A stretch of 19,634 bases of DNA, from positions 1-19,634 of the forward strand of contig JBHGBC010000111.1 in assembly GCA_041946805.1 (NCBI GenBank). The letters are read 5' to 3'. This document shows, piece after piece, positions 1 through 7,442 of this stretch. Within the stretch, counting starts at the first letter, position 1. Every line of letters begins with the position of its first letter. The notes below the pieces were generated by a model. The model ran no database searches. It was given only the letters and a program-made list of their open reading frames with translations, and was not told the origin of the DNA. The translations under genes were made by a program, and so were the position numbers. Source of the DNA: a bacterium (GTDB lineage: Bacteria > Hinthialibacterota > Hinthialibacteria > Hinthialibacterales > Hinthialibacteraceae).

Positions 1-1015
1 GCGTAATGGGGAGATTTTTATTCGCGCCCGCCAGGATGGTCTGATCGAGGCTCTTGGTGAGGATCGTGGGATACATGTCCTCCAGGACCCGGCGGTTGAG
101 CAGCATGAGGTTTTCCAGCGATATCCGGTTCTGGTCCAACGTCAATAGTCTGGCGGTGGATGGGCGGACGGAAATGGCGGAGTTCACGGCATCGGCGGAA
201 AATAGGCCGCGCTTGGTCAAGAGAAGACTGAGGTCGCGGTACATCAGCATCTGGTTATAGTTTCGAGGAATCGAGCGTATTTCGTAGGGGATCAGGCGGC
301 TCATGGCGCCCAGTTCGTTGATCCGTTCCGTGGGGATGTCGTAGATCAATTTTTGGGGATCGAAGGTCTTGATCAGCGTGAGATTGTCCGGATCTTGCAT
401 GAGTTTCCGCGATTCTTCGCTGAAATCCGCGAGCGCCAGCTGGTCCAGGGAACGTTTCGGCGACAAGAGGGATTGGCTCAGCCGGGTGAAATCGCGGATA
501 TCGAGCGGATGCAGCCGGGCGGCGTACAGCGGATCCTCACTTAATAGCAATTCACAGCCTTCGTAGGTATAGACCGCTCCCTCGTAAATCCGGATGAATC
601 CCTGCTGCCAGCCCACCAAGGGGCAAATCTGCGATCCATTGCGCCGGACAAAGAATAGGCCTTCATCCCCGACGCGGAAAACCGGCACGCCCTCGACTTC
701 CAACACGTGGGAGGGATCATTTTCTTCGGGACCCCCTTCCAGGCGGAGGATGATGCTTTTACCGGCCGCGGATCTCCCTTTGAAAACCTGGTTGATGGAA
801 CAGGTGACAAACGTATGGGGAACCGGAATTCCGCCCCGGAAAATGACACTGGAGGATTTATACTGGATGGCGGTGACCTGGCCCGCGAAGATCAATTCGG
901 CCTCCTTGACCAAGTGCCGGTCCATGACGGGATATAACGTGGAGGATTGAATCTCCCGCGGGACGATGATGAATAGGGAAAAGAAACAGAAGATCATCCT
1001 ATATTTCATTATCAT
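1..1015 (-). CDS. Partial (runs off the left edge) secreted hypothetical protein with an N-terminal signal peptide
   Basis: Translated by hand as an open frame from ATG 1015 to the window edge: MIMKYRMIFCFFSLFIIVPREIQSSTLYPVMDRHLVKEAELIFAGQVTAIQY...LRLEGGP...VEGVPVFRVGDEGLFFV. GGAGG RBS at 1031-1027. Basic-then-hydrophobic N-terminus. Absent from the ORF track because its stop lies outside the window. Confidence 0.8.
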   Translation of the reverse strand, partial: MIMKYRMIFCFFSLFIIVPREIQSSTLYPVMDRHLVKEAELIFAGQVTAIQYKSSSVIFRGGIPVPHTFVTCSINQVFKGRSAAGKSIILRLEGGPEENDPSHVLEVEGVPVFRVGDEGLFFVRRNGSQICPLVGWQQGFIRIYEGAVYTYEGCELLLSEDPLYAARLHPLDIRDFTRLSQSLLSPKRSLDQLALADFSEESRKLMQDPDNLTLIKTFDPQKLIYDIPTERINELGAMSRLIPYEIRSIPRNYNQMLMYRDLSLLLTKRGLFSADAVNSAISVRPSTARLLTLDQNRISLENLMLLNRRVLEDMYPTILTKSLDQTILAGANKNLPIT

Positions 1016-1133
1016 GTTGTTGTATACCTCCATGGATAATTGATCGACCTGGATTGCCATTTGGAATCAGTAAATTTTCAAAGCCTGCTTTTCAACATCT
1101 CGGATATTATGGTGTTATCTCATGGAGAACCAT

Positions 1134-1319
1134 GGCGGGTCGGCAATTTTTGGGGTGAGACAAGATGAGCCTATCCACCAAATGGCCTGCAAATCCTGAA
1201 GAATCCCCTGCATCAGGCCGCCCTGCTGAAGTGATAGCGGGGGGAAAGCGGCCAATGATCCGGGCGGATATCGTCATGATCCGAGGTAACGAAGGACTGA
1301 ATGAGATTGCCGCCGCGCC
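1134..1319 (+). ncRNA. Candidate structured non-coding RNA (~185-nt imperfect rod)
   Basis: Six nested complementary blocks found by eye (e.g. CGGCAAT 1141-1147 / ATTGCCG 1306-1312; TATCC 1172-1176 / GGATA 1266-1270; TGGCC 1183-1187 / GGCCA 1250-1254), followed by a + strand terminator. No RNA family recognised. Confidence 0.3.
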
Positions 1320-1365
1320 CTTTCAAGGCGCGAACAACGGTCATGAGAACCGATTGGATCGGCGC

Positions 1366-1397
1366 TCCCCCGGCGCCGTGTCGGCCGGGGGATTTTT
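1366..1397 (+). terminator. Rho-independent terminator
   Basis: 9-bp perfect stem TCCCCCGGC (1366-1374) / GCCGGGGGA (1384-1392), followed by TTTTT (1393-1397). Confidence 0.6.
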
Positions 1398-2088
1398 AGG
1401 ATCAATGGTGTGAGAAAACTAGGCATTCGTGGATCGAGCCGGTGGAGAGATGGGCCCGGATGGCATGAAATCAGCGGGGATTGATTGTGTACGGATCTGG
1501 ATGCGGAAGAAGTTTACCTCGTAGGCAGTAGAAGGCAAAAACAACCAGCGAAACCGCCCATGAAAAAACATGCAGTCCTAATTATTTCGGAAGTTGGAAA
1601 TCGCCTTATGTCATCCCCTTGAGCCACTTCCCGAGTCCGAATACACCGGTTTTTTTGATGAGGCCAATGGCCTGTTTATTCCTTAAACGCAATTTACCCT
1701 GTAGTTTTTTCAATAACCAATTATAAATCAGTTTGTTAAGTGCAATTTTGCGTTTCACATGCGTGGCAATATTTCCGCCATTGGACCTCCAACAGATCCA
1801 GAACCTGTTGATGGTCATCGGGAGTGGTGCTCCAGGAGACCTCATGGCCCTGCATCACCCCGGTTTCTTGAGCACGGTGATTGCCGCGTTCCCCCCGTCT
1901 CATACCGGATCGTACAGTTTGATATGATCCTGATCCGACCGCGTGAGTTACTTGCTGCAGCATGCGGATGTCAGTGAATATGCCGTCCGGATCGCGGGAG
2001 CGGCGGGTTGGGCCGCTACGTGTCAATCGGGGATAGAACAACAAGAACCCTTCCGCACCGCTCCTTTACACGGATCATGAAATCCGCC

Positions 2089-3684
2089 TTATACATTGTT
2101 CAGAATCCGTTCGGCCTCTTCCCGGTCCACGTCGGTGATAAAGCGGATACCGCTGATGTCCGCGGCTTCATGGGTCAACGCGGCGATGTCGTCCCGCGAG
2201 ATGTGCTCCAGTGAAAATTTGCGGCTGCCGGCCATCAGTTGGCGCAATCCCTGGGCCAGGCGTTCGTAATAGGTGTACAGTCCGAGGGCGCCCGGGGGAA
2301 TCCGGTCGAACTCCCCGTTGCCCCCGAGTTCCTTGCGCAGGGAGGAAGCCGTGACAAATATTTCGTCCTTGGAATGGCCGAACCGTTCGATGTAAACCGG
2401 GACCTGGTTCTCGTCGATGGCCCGTCCGATGGTTTTACCCACCATGGCGGCGGCAATGGGAGCGCGGGCCATCCCCACCATTTTCACGTAGGGAGCGCCC
2501 AGGGCCAGCCCCTTAAAGATATGGTCCTCGAAGGTGAATCCGCCGGCCACCACCAGCGCGGGGATGTATTTTCCCTTCGCGGCCAGGCGATGGGCGTATT
2601 GATACAACAGGGAGTGGAGTTCCACCGGGGGGACGCCCCATTCGTTCATCATGCGCCAAGGGCTCATGCCCGTGCCGCCGCCCGCGCCGTCCACGGTCAG
2701 CATGTCGATCCGGTAGCGGGACGAAAAGGCGATGGCGCGGGCCAGGTCGGCGGGACGGTAGGCGCCGGTTTTCAGGAACACATAGCGGGCGCCGGCTTCG
2801 CGCAGTTCCTGTACCCGGCGGGCAAATGATTCTTCCGTGACCATTCCCACGCGGGAATGGCGCTCAAATTCCTTGAACGCCCCGCGTTCGTAGGCCTTGA
2901 TGACTTCCGGATCCTGAGGATTGGGAAGCACGATATACCCGCGTTCCTGGAGCAATTGCGCTTTTTTGAGATTTCGGATTTTGACTTCGCCCCCGATGTC
3001 CTTGGCGCCCTGGCCCCATTTGAGTTCGACGCAGCGGATCCCCAGCGTTTCCACGGCATATTCCTGAACTCCCAGGCGGGTATCCTCGATGTTGGCCTGC
3101 ACAATGATGGCGCCATAGCCCTCGCGTTGATAATCCTGGTACAGTTTGACGCGGCGCTTGAGGTCGGCCGTATCCTTCACCCGGCCGTTCACGATCACCG
3201 CCTCGGGATCCATGCCCACCACGTTCTCGCCGATCGTCAGCCCGGTTCCCGCCAGGGCCGAGCCGATGGCCAGCCCTTCCCAGTTGTTCTTGGCGATATC
3301 CGTTGATCCGATGCCCGGGATGATCCAGGGATACCGGAATTTCAAATCCCGGTCAGGACCGATGACCGTTTCCAAGTTCACCGCCGGGAAAATCGCCTGA
3401 TCGCTGTCGGCCGCGATGCCGTGCGCCCCGGCCGCCGTTCCCATAATGTTGAAGTGCGAATAATCCACGGGATAGGTTTTCTCGCCGGCGGTGGTGATCA
3501 CGCCGAAAGGCTGGGGATAAATCACTTCATGCCCGCGATAGGCGGATTTGCCGATTTCGCACATGCCGATGCAGCCGTCCACGCAGGTGACGCACATGCC
3601 CGAATTGGGCACGACCGATCCTTCGGTCCGGTTTTTCGTGAGAGTCGCCGCCGTGGAGTTGATTCTGGAAAACGTAAGTGACAT
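2089..3684 (-). CDS. FMN-binding glutamate synthase family protein (stand-alone GltB FMN/synthase-domain-like), 531 aa
   Basis: ELKWGQGAKDIGGEV and TVDGAGGGTGMSP resemble the GltB FMN-domain motifs; KGLALGA near the FMN-phosphate region; N-terminal CVTCVDGCIGMC; AAAGGAG RBS upstream. Confidence 0.9.
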   Translation of the reverse strand: MSLTFSRINSTAATLTKNRTEGSVVPNSGMCVTCVDGCIGMCEIGKSAYRGHEVIYPQPFGVITTAGEKTYPVDYSHFNIMGTAAGAHGIAADSDQAIFPAVNLETVIGPDRDLKFRYPWIIPGIGSTDIAKNNWEGLAIGSALAGTGLTIGENVVGMDPEAVIVNGRVKDTADLKRRVKLYQDYQREGYGAIIVQANIEDTRLGVQEYAVETLGIRCVELKWGQGAKDIGGEVKIRNLKKAQLLQERGYIVLPNPQDPEVIKAYERGAFKEFERHSRVGMVTEESFARRVQELREAGARYVFLKTGAYRPADLARAIAFSSRYRIDMLTVDGAGGGTGMSPWRMMNEWGVPPVELHSLLYQYAHRLAAKGKYIPALVVAGGFTFEDHIFKGLALGAPYVKMVGMARAPIAAAMVGKTIGRAIDENQVPVYIERFGHSKDEIFVTASSLRKELGGNGEFDRIPPGALGLYTYYERLAQGLRQLMAGSRKFSLEHISRDDIAALTHEAADISGIRFITDVDREEAERILNNV

Positions 3685-3704
3685 CGGGATAGGCTCCTTT
3701 GCCC

Positions 3705-4385
3705 TCAGGATATTTTCGCGATCTCACACGCGACGCAGGGATCCATGTAGCACATCATGTGGTCATAAGTGTCCCGTTGCACGCAAGGAGGCGGCAGGTT
3801 CGCGCATCCCCCGCAGATCGCGCGTTCCGGTTCGGCGTAGGTGCAGCGCAGCGTGCAGGCCGGGCAGACATACATGCACCCCCCGCACAAACGGCAGGTT
3901 TCGGATTGGACGTCAAAAGGCGTGCCGATGCTCCGCTTCGATCCCCGGTACCGGAAACCGATGGCCTTGGCCATCATCTGTTCCCCGCACATGCGGACAC
4001 ATCGCCCGCACAGAATGCAGTCCTCGTATTCCTGCTTGAAGCGTTGCCGGCGGATGCCGTGAGCCGAGGCCAGGTCTTGAATGGTTTTGGATTGGGGGCA
4101 CGAGGCCAGCAACAGTTCGAGCACCATGCGCCGGGCTTGCAGCACCCGTTTCGAAGCGGTCCGCACGGTCAGCCCTTCCTGGACCGGGTAGGTGCAGGAC
4201 GAAACCAGTCGGGTCCCGGGACCGGTTCCAATCTCCACCACGCACAACCGGCAGGCCCCATAGGGAGACAAGCCTTCCAGATAACACAGGGTCGGAATGG
4301 GGAATCCTAGGAACCGGGCCGTTTCCAGGAGGGTCGAGCCCTCTTCCGCGGCGGCGGGGAGTCCATTGATCGTGAGTTGAATCAT
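3705..4385 (-). CDS. NuoG/HydA N-terminal-like iron-sulfur subunit ([2Fe-2S] + 2x[4Fe-4S]) with no catalytic domain
   Basis: IPTLCY...GACRLCVVE...SSC [2Fe-2S] motif; CILCGRCVRMC and CRLCGGCMYVCP ferredoxin motifs; Cys-rich tail. ATG 4385 (MIQLTING) preferred over TTG 4397. Confidence 0.9.
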   Translation of the reverse strand: MIQLTINGLPAAAEEGSTLLETARFLGFPIPTLCYLEGLSPYGACRLCVVEIGTGPGTRLVSSCTYPVQEGLTVRTASKRVLQARRMVLELLLASCPQSKTIQDLASAHGIRRQRFKQEYEDCILCGRCVRMCGEQMMAKAIGFRYRGSKRSIGTPFDVQSETCRLCGGCMYVCPACTLRCTYAEPERAICGGCANLPPPCVQRDTYDHMMCYMDPCVACEIAKIS

Positions 4386-4459
4386 CGTTGTTCCCAACCA
4401 GGGTGAGATGCAAGTATCGGTATTCAGGTTGTCCTACGTTGTCTTACGGCTCATGTTTC

Positions 4460-6310
4460 TCAGGCGGCGGCGATGGCATCGAACTGGCATACGGTTTTGC
4501 AGGATCCGCACTTGGTGCATTTGGCGGCGTCGATGACATGACGCTTTTTCCGGATCCCGGAGATGGCCTCTGCCGGACACACGCGGACGCATGCCTGGCA
4601 ACCCTCGCAATTCTCGTTGATGGAAAAGGTGATGAGCGCCTTGCAGACCCCCGCCCGGCAACGGTGGTTTTCGATATGCTCCAGGTATTCGTCCCGGAAA
4701 TAGCGCAAAGTGGACAAGACGGGGTTCGCGGCGGTTTGACCCAGGCCGCACATCGTCGTGTCCTTGACGGCCATGGCCAGTTCCTCCAGGAGATCGAGAT
4801 GCTCCCGGCGTCCCCGCTTTTGGGTGAAATCGTCGAGGATCTCATACATCCGCTGCGTGCCCTTGCGGCAGGTGAAACATTTCCCGCAGCTTTCGTCCTT
4901 CAAAAAATTCATGAAGTAGCGGGCGATGTCCACCATGCAGGTGTTTTCATCCATCACGATCATGCCGCCCGATCCCATGATGGAACCGGCCGCGGAGAGG
5001 CTCTCGTAATCGATCGGCAGCTGGAATTGCTCGGCGGGAATGCACCCCCCGGACGGCCCGCCGGTCTGCACTGCCTTGATGGAACAAGGCCCGCGGGCTC
5101 CGCCGCCGATCTCCTGAACGATTTCGTGAATCCGCGTCCCCATGGGCACTTCCACCAGACCGGTGTTATTGATCTTCCCGACCAGGCTGAAAATTTTCGT
5201 GCCGGTATTGTTGGGAACACCGGTCCGGCTGAAAGCCTCGGCGCCCTCCTGGAAAATGACAGGGATGTTGGCCCAGGTTTCGACATTGTTGATGGCGGTG
5301 GGCCGGCCCTCGATGCCTTTTTGGACCGGAAACGGGGGACGTTGGCGCGGTTCGCCCATTTGGCCTTCGATGGAACGCAGCAGCGCGGTTTCTTCTCCGC
5401 AGACAAAAGCCCCCGCGCCCCTGACCAGGTGGACAGCGAAGGATAAGCCGGTCCCCAGGATGCCGGAACCCAACAGGCCGTATTCCCGCGCTTGGCGCAA
5501 CGCGGACTGCACATGCCGGATGGCCAGGGGGTATTCATTGCGGACGTAGATAATCCCTTCCGTGGCCCCCGTGCCCCAGGCCGCGATCAACATGCCTTCG
5601 AGGATGCCGTGGGGATTCCCTTCCAGCACGCTGCGGTCCATATACGCGCCGGGATCTCCTTCGTCCGCGTTGCATACGAGAAACTTTCCGCCCCGGCTGG
5701 GTTGTTGGGCGAGACGTTCCCATTTCAATCCGGTGGGGAATCCGGCCCCGCCCCGGCCCCGCAAGCCGGACCGTTTCACTTCGCTGATCACCCATTCCGG
5801 GCTATGGTTTTCCAACACACGGGCGAGCGCCGCGTAGCCACCGCTTTCGATATAGGTCTCGATCCGCTCCGGATCCACCCTTTCATTCCGCGAAAGGATC
5901 GTCCGGACTTGTTTCTGGAAAAAAGGCACGTCCTCTTGTTTCCGGATTCCCGCTCCCGATTCCGGATCGTGGAAGAGGAATTCCTCCACGATATCTCCCT
6001 GGGACGCGGCCTGGATGATCCGGATCATCTTTTCGGGAGTAACCTTGGGATAAAAGGTCCGATCCGGCTCGATCAGCACGGAAGGTTCCATTTCACAATA
6101 TCCATGGCATCCCGTGATCCGCAGCTGGATCCGTTGGTTGATTTCCGGCCGGAGCAGTTCCTCCCGCGCGAGGCGGATCAACTCCCCGGCCCCGCCGGCC
6201 TGGCCACATGTACCCGCCGGAACAACGAGGGTGGGAATATCGTTCGGACGGATTGAAACGAGGTTCCGGCGAAGAAGGTCCAGATCGTCGAATGAGGTTA
6301 GCCTGCCCAT
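4460..6310 (-). CDS. NuoF/HydB/BfuB-like NAD(P)H-binding FMN iron-sulfur subunit, 616 aa
   Basis: GLRGRGGAGFPTGLKW, CNADEGDPGAYMDR, GAGAFVCGEETAL, GGPSGGC, ESCGKCFTCRKG and CGLG motifs; N-terminal thioredoxin-like [2Fe-2S] domain; C-terminal 2x[4Fe-4S] domain. Confidence 0.95.
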   Translation of the reverse strand: MGRLTSFDDLDLLRRNLVSIRPNDIPTLVVPAGTCGQAGGAGELIRLAREELLRPEINQRIQLRITGCHGYCEMEPSVLIEPDRTFYPKVTPEKMIRIIQAASQGDIVEEFLFHDPESGAGIRKQEDVPFFQKQVRTILSRNERVDPERIETYIESGGYAALARVLENHSPEWVISEVKRSGLRGRGGAGFPTGLKWERLAQQPSRGGKFLVCNADEGDPGAYMDRSVLEGNPHGILEGMLIAAWGTGATEGIIYVRNEYPLAIRHVQSALRQAREYGLLGSGILGTGLSFAVHLVRGAGAFVCGEETALLRSIEGQMGEPRQRPPFPVQKGIEGRPTAINNVETWANIPVIFQEGAEAFSRTGVPNNTGTKIFSLVGKINNTGLVEVPMGTRIHEIVQEIGGGARGPCSIKAVQTGGPSGGCIPAEQFQLPIDYESLSAAGSIMGSGGMIVMDENTCMVDIARYFMNFLKDESCGKCFTCRKGTQRMYEILDDFTQKRGRREHLDLLEELAMAVKDTTMCGLGQTAANPVLSTLRYFRDEYLEHIENHRCRAGVCKALITFSINENCEGCQACVRVCPAEAISGIRKKRHVIDAAKCTKCGSCKTVCQFDAIAAA

Positions 6311-6338
6311 GCGGTATCCGATTCCTGTCTGTTGAAGT

Positions 6339-6878
6339 TCAGGCCACGGCGGGCTTTGGGAGCGGGAATTGTTCCCGCAGCATTTTCAAAATGGTTTTGA
6401 CTTTCAAAGGAGTCACGTTGGAGAAGAACCGGCCGTTGGCGGCCACGATCGGTCCCAAGGCGCAAGCCCCGAGGCAATTGACTGTTTCCAAGGTGAACTC
6501 GCCATCGGACGTGGTCCCCCCTACCCGGACGCCCAATTGGCGTTCGAATTCCTCCGCGACCCGGGGAGCCTCGCGCACATGGCAAGCCGTTCCCAGACAG
6601 ACCGAGATGAGACATTTTCCCCGCGGCTGCAAACTGAACGAGCGGTAGAAAGTCGCCACGCCATACACATCGACCAGGGCGATCTGTTTGCGTTCCGCCA
6701 CGGCATGGAGCGCGAAGGCGGGTAGATAACCGTAGGTGGCTTGAATTTCTTCCAGGATGGCGATCAACGCGCCTCGCGCGTCTCCATGCTTATCGACGAT
6801 CGCGGAGACGGTTTCCCGGCCCGGCGTTTCTCTTTCCTGACTATGGATTTCCAGGGTGGTCAGAGGGGATGCTATCAT
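6339..6878 (-). CDS. NuoE/HydC/BfuC-like [2Fe-2S] subunit, 179 aa
   Basis: LIAILEEIQATYGYLP, VYGVATFY, CLGTAC and CLGAC motifs; GAGGAG RBS; ATG directly follows the upstream TAG. Confidence 0.95.
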   Translation of the reverse strand: MIASPLTTLEIHSQERETPGRETVSAIVDKHGDARGALIAILEEIQATYGYLPAFALHAVAERKQIALVDVYGVATFYRSFSLQPRGKCLISVCLGTACHVREAPRVAEEFERQLGVRVGGTTSDGEFTLETVNCLGACALGPIVAANGRFFSNVTPLKVKTILKMLREQFPLPKPAVA

Positions 6879-7181
6879 CTAGAGATACTCCTCGCAATGA
6901 AAAATACCGCCGTCGGTCCTGGGGTACGTACAGCTCTCCCGGTTGGCGCAGTCCACGCACAATCCTTTGTACAGATTGGTCTCTTCGTGGGGAGACAGGG
7001 TCGTCAGGAAGCATTCGTCCAGGTAGATCCGCCTGGCGATCCATTTGAAGGTGGGGATGTACTGCTCCTGGACCACGAACTCCTCGCACCCGGGAAGGAG
7101 ATGGGCCGGCTGCTGGGGATGCGAGCACGTGCTGGTGTTCGCGCAGACGGAACACAGGTGGAAAGGCACAGAACCGGACAT
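6879..7181 (-). CDS. Small hypothetical protein (~100 aa) with two tandem Cys4 repeats
   Basis: LCSVCANTSTC-x12-CEEF and LCVDCANRESC-x11-CEEY. Start moved from 7277 to ATG 7181 because the sigma-54 promoter lies inside the longer ORF and GGAAG precedes ATG 7181. Confidence 0.8.
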   Translation of the reverse strand: MSGSVPFHLCSVCANTSTCSHPQQPAHLLPGCEEFVVQEQYIPTFKWIARRIYLDECFLTTLSPHEETNLYKGLCVDCANRESCTYPRTDGGIFHCEEYL

Positions 7182-7245
7182 GGTGCTTACTTCCATTCGC
7201 GAAACCATTTCCCGGATGATGGACGAAACAGCGGACTGAATATCC

Positions 7246-7262
7246 TGCAATCCCCGGGCCAA
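7246..7262 (-). promoter_or_regulatory. Sigma-54 (-24/-12) promoter of the Fe-S/FMN operon
   Basis: Minus strand TTGGCCCGGGGATTGCA matches YTGGCACG-N4-TTGCW with exact GG-N10-GC spacing, next to a sigma-54 activator gene. Confidence 0.85.
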
Positions 7263-7312
7263 TCTCTTCCCCGTCATGACATCCGTGGGATGTTTGAGTA
7301 CAAGCCAAGAGA

Positions 7313-7325
7313 TATCAAATAGATA
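7313..7325. promoter_or_regulatory. Putative IHF binding site
   Basis: TATCAAATAGATA vs consensus WATCAANNNNTTR (one mismatch), lying between the sigma-54 promoter and the putative enhancer. Confidence 0.45.
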
Positions 7326-7394
7326 AGTGAGGTAGTGCTGGAGGAATGGGTCTCACGGGACGGACCGTGAAAGGTGAAGCGGTTCATGAGATTG

Positions 7395-7428
7395 TGGGGA
7401 GTTTTGAATCACTGGGGAGAAACTCCCC
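7395..7428. promoter_or_regulatory. Putative upstream activator sequence (enhancer) for the NtrC-family regulator
   Basis: Palindrome GGGGAG-AAA-CTCCCC (7414-7428) plus a second TGGGGAG half-site at 7395-7401, ~135-170 bp upstream of the -24 element. No U-tract follows, so it is not terminator-like. Confidence 0.6.
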
Positions 7429-7442
7429 GGTTCCCATTTATA

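Noticed and set aside
1195..1255. Hammerhead ribozyme (CTGAAGA...GAAA)
   Set aside because: Core words are present, but stem I and the UH cleavage site cannot be formed in the right order.
1606..1845. Cationic 79-aa minus-strand ORF, and other small ORFs in 1165-2044
   Set aside because: Composition is explained by AT-rich intergenic DNA; no convincing RBS or motif; the 1165..1413 ORF runs through a terminator.
1785..1940. Run of short hairpins in the left intergenic region as a CRISPR or repeat array
   Set aside because: The hairpins share no sequence and have no regular spacing.
3705..6878. Respiratory complex I nuoEFG or an [FeFe]-hydrogenase
   Set aside because: No membrane or quinone-module genes; the G/A-like subunit is ~226 aa with no H-cluster motifs.
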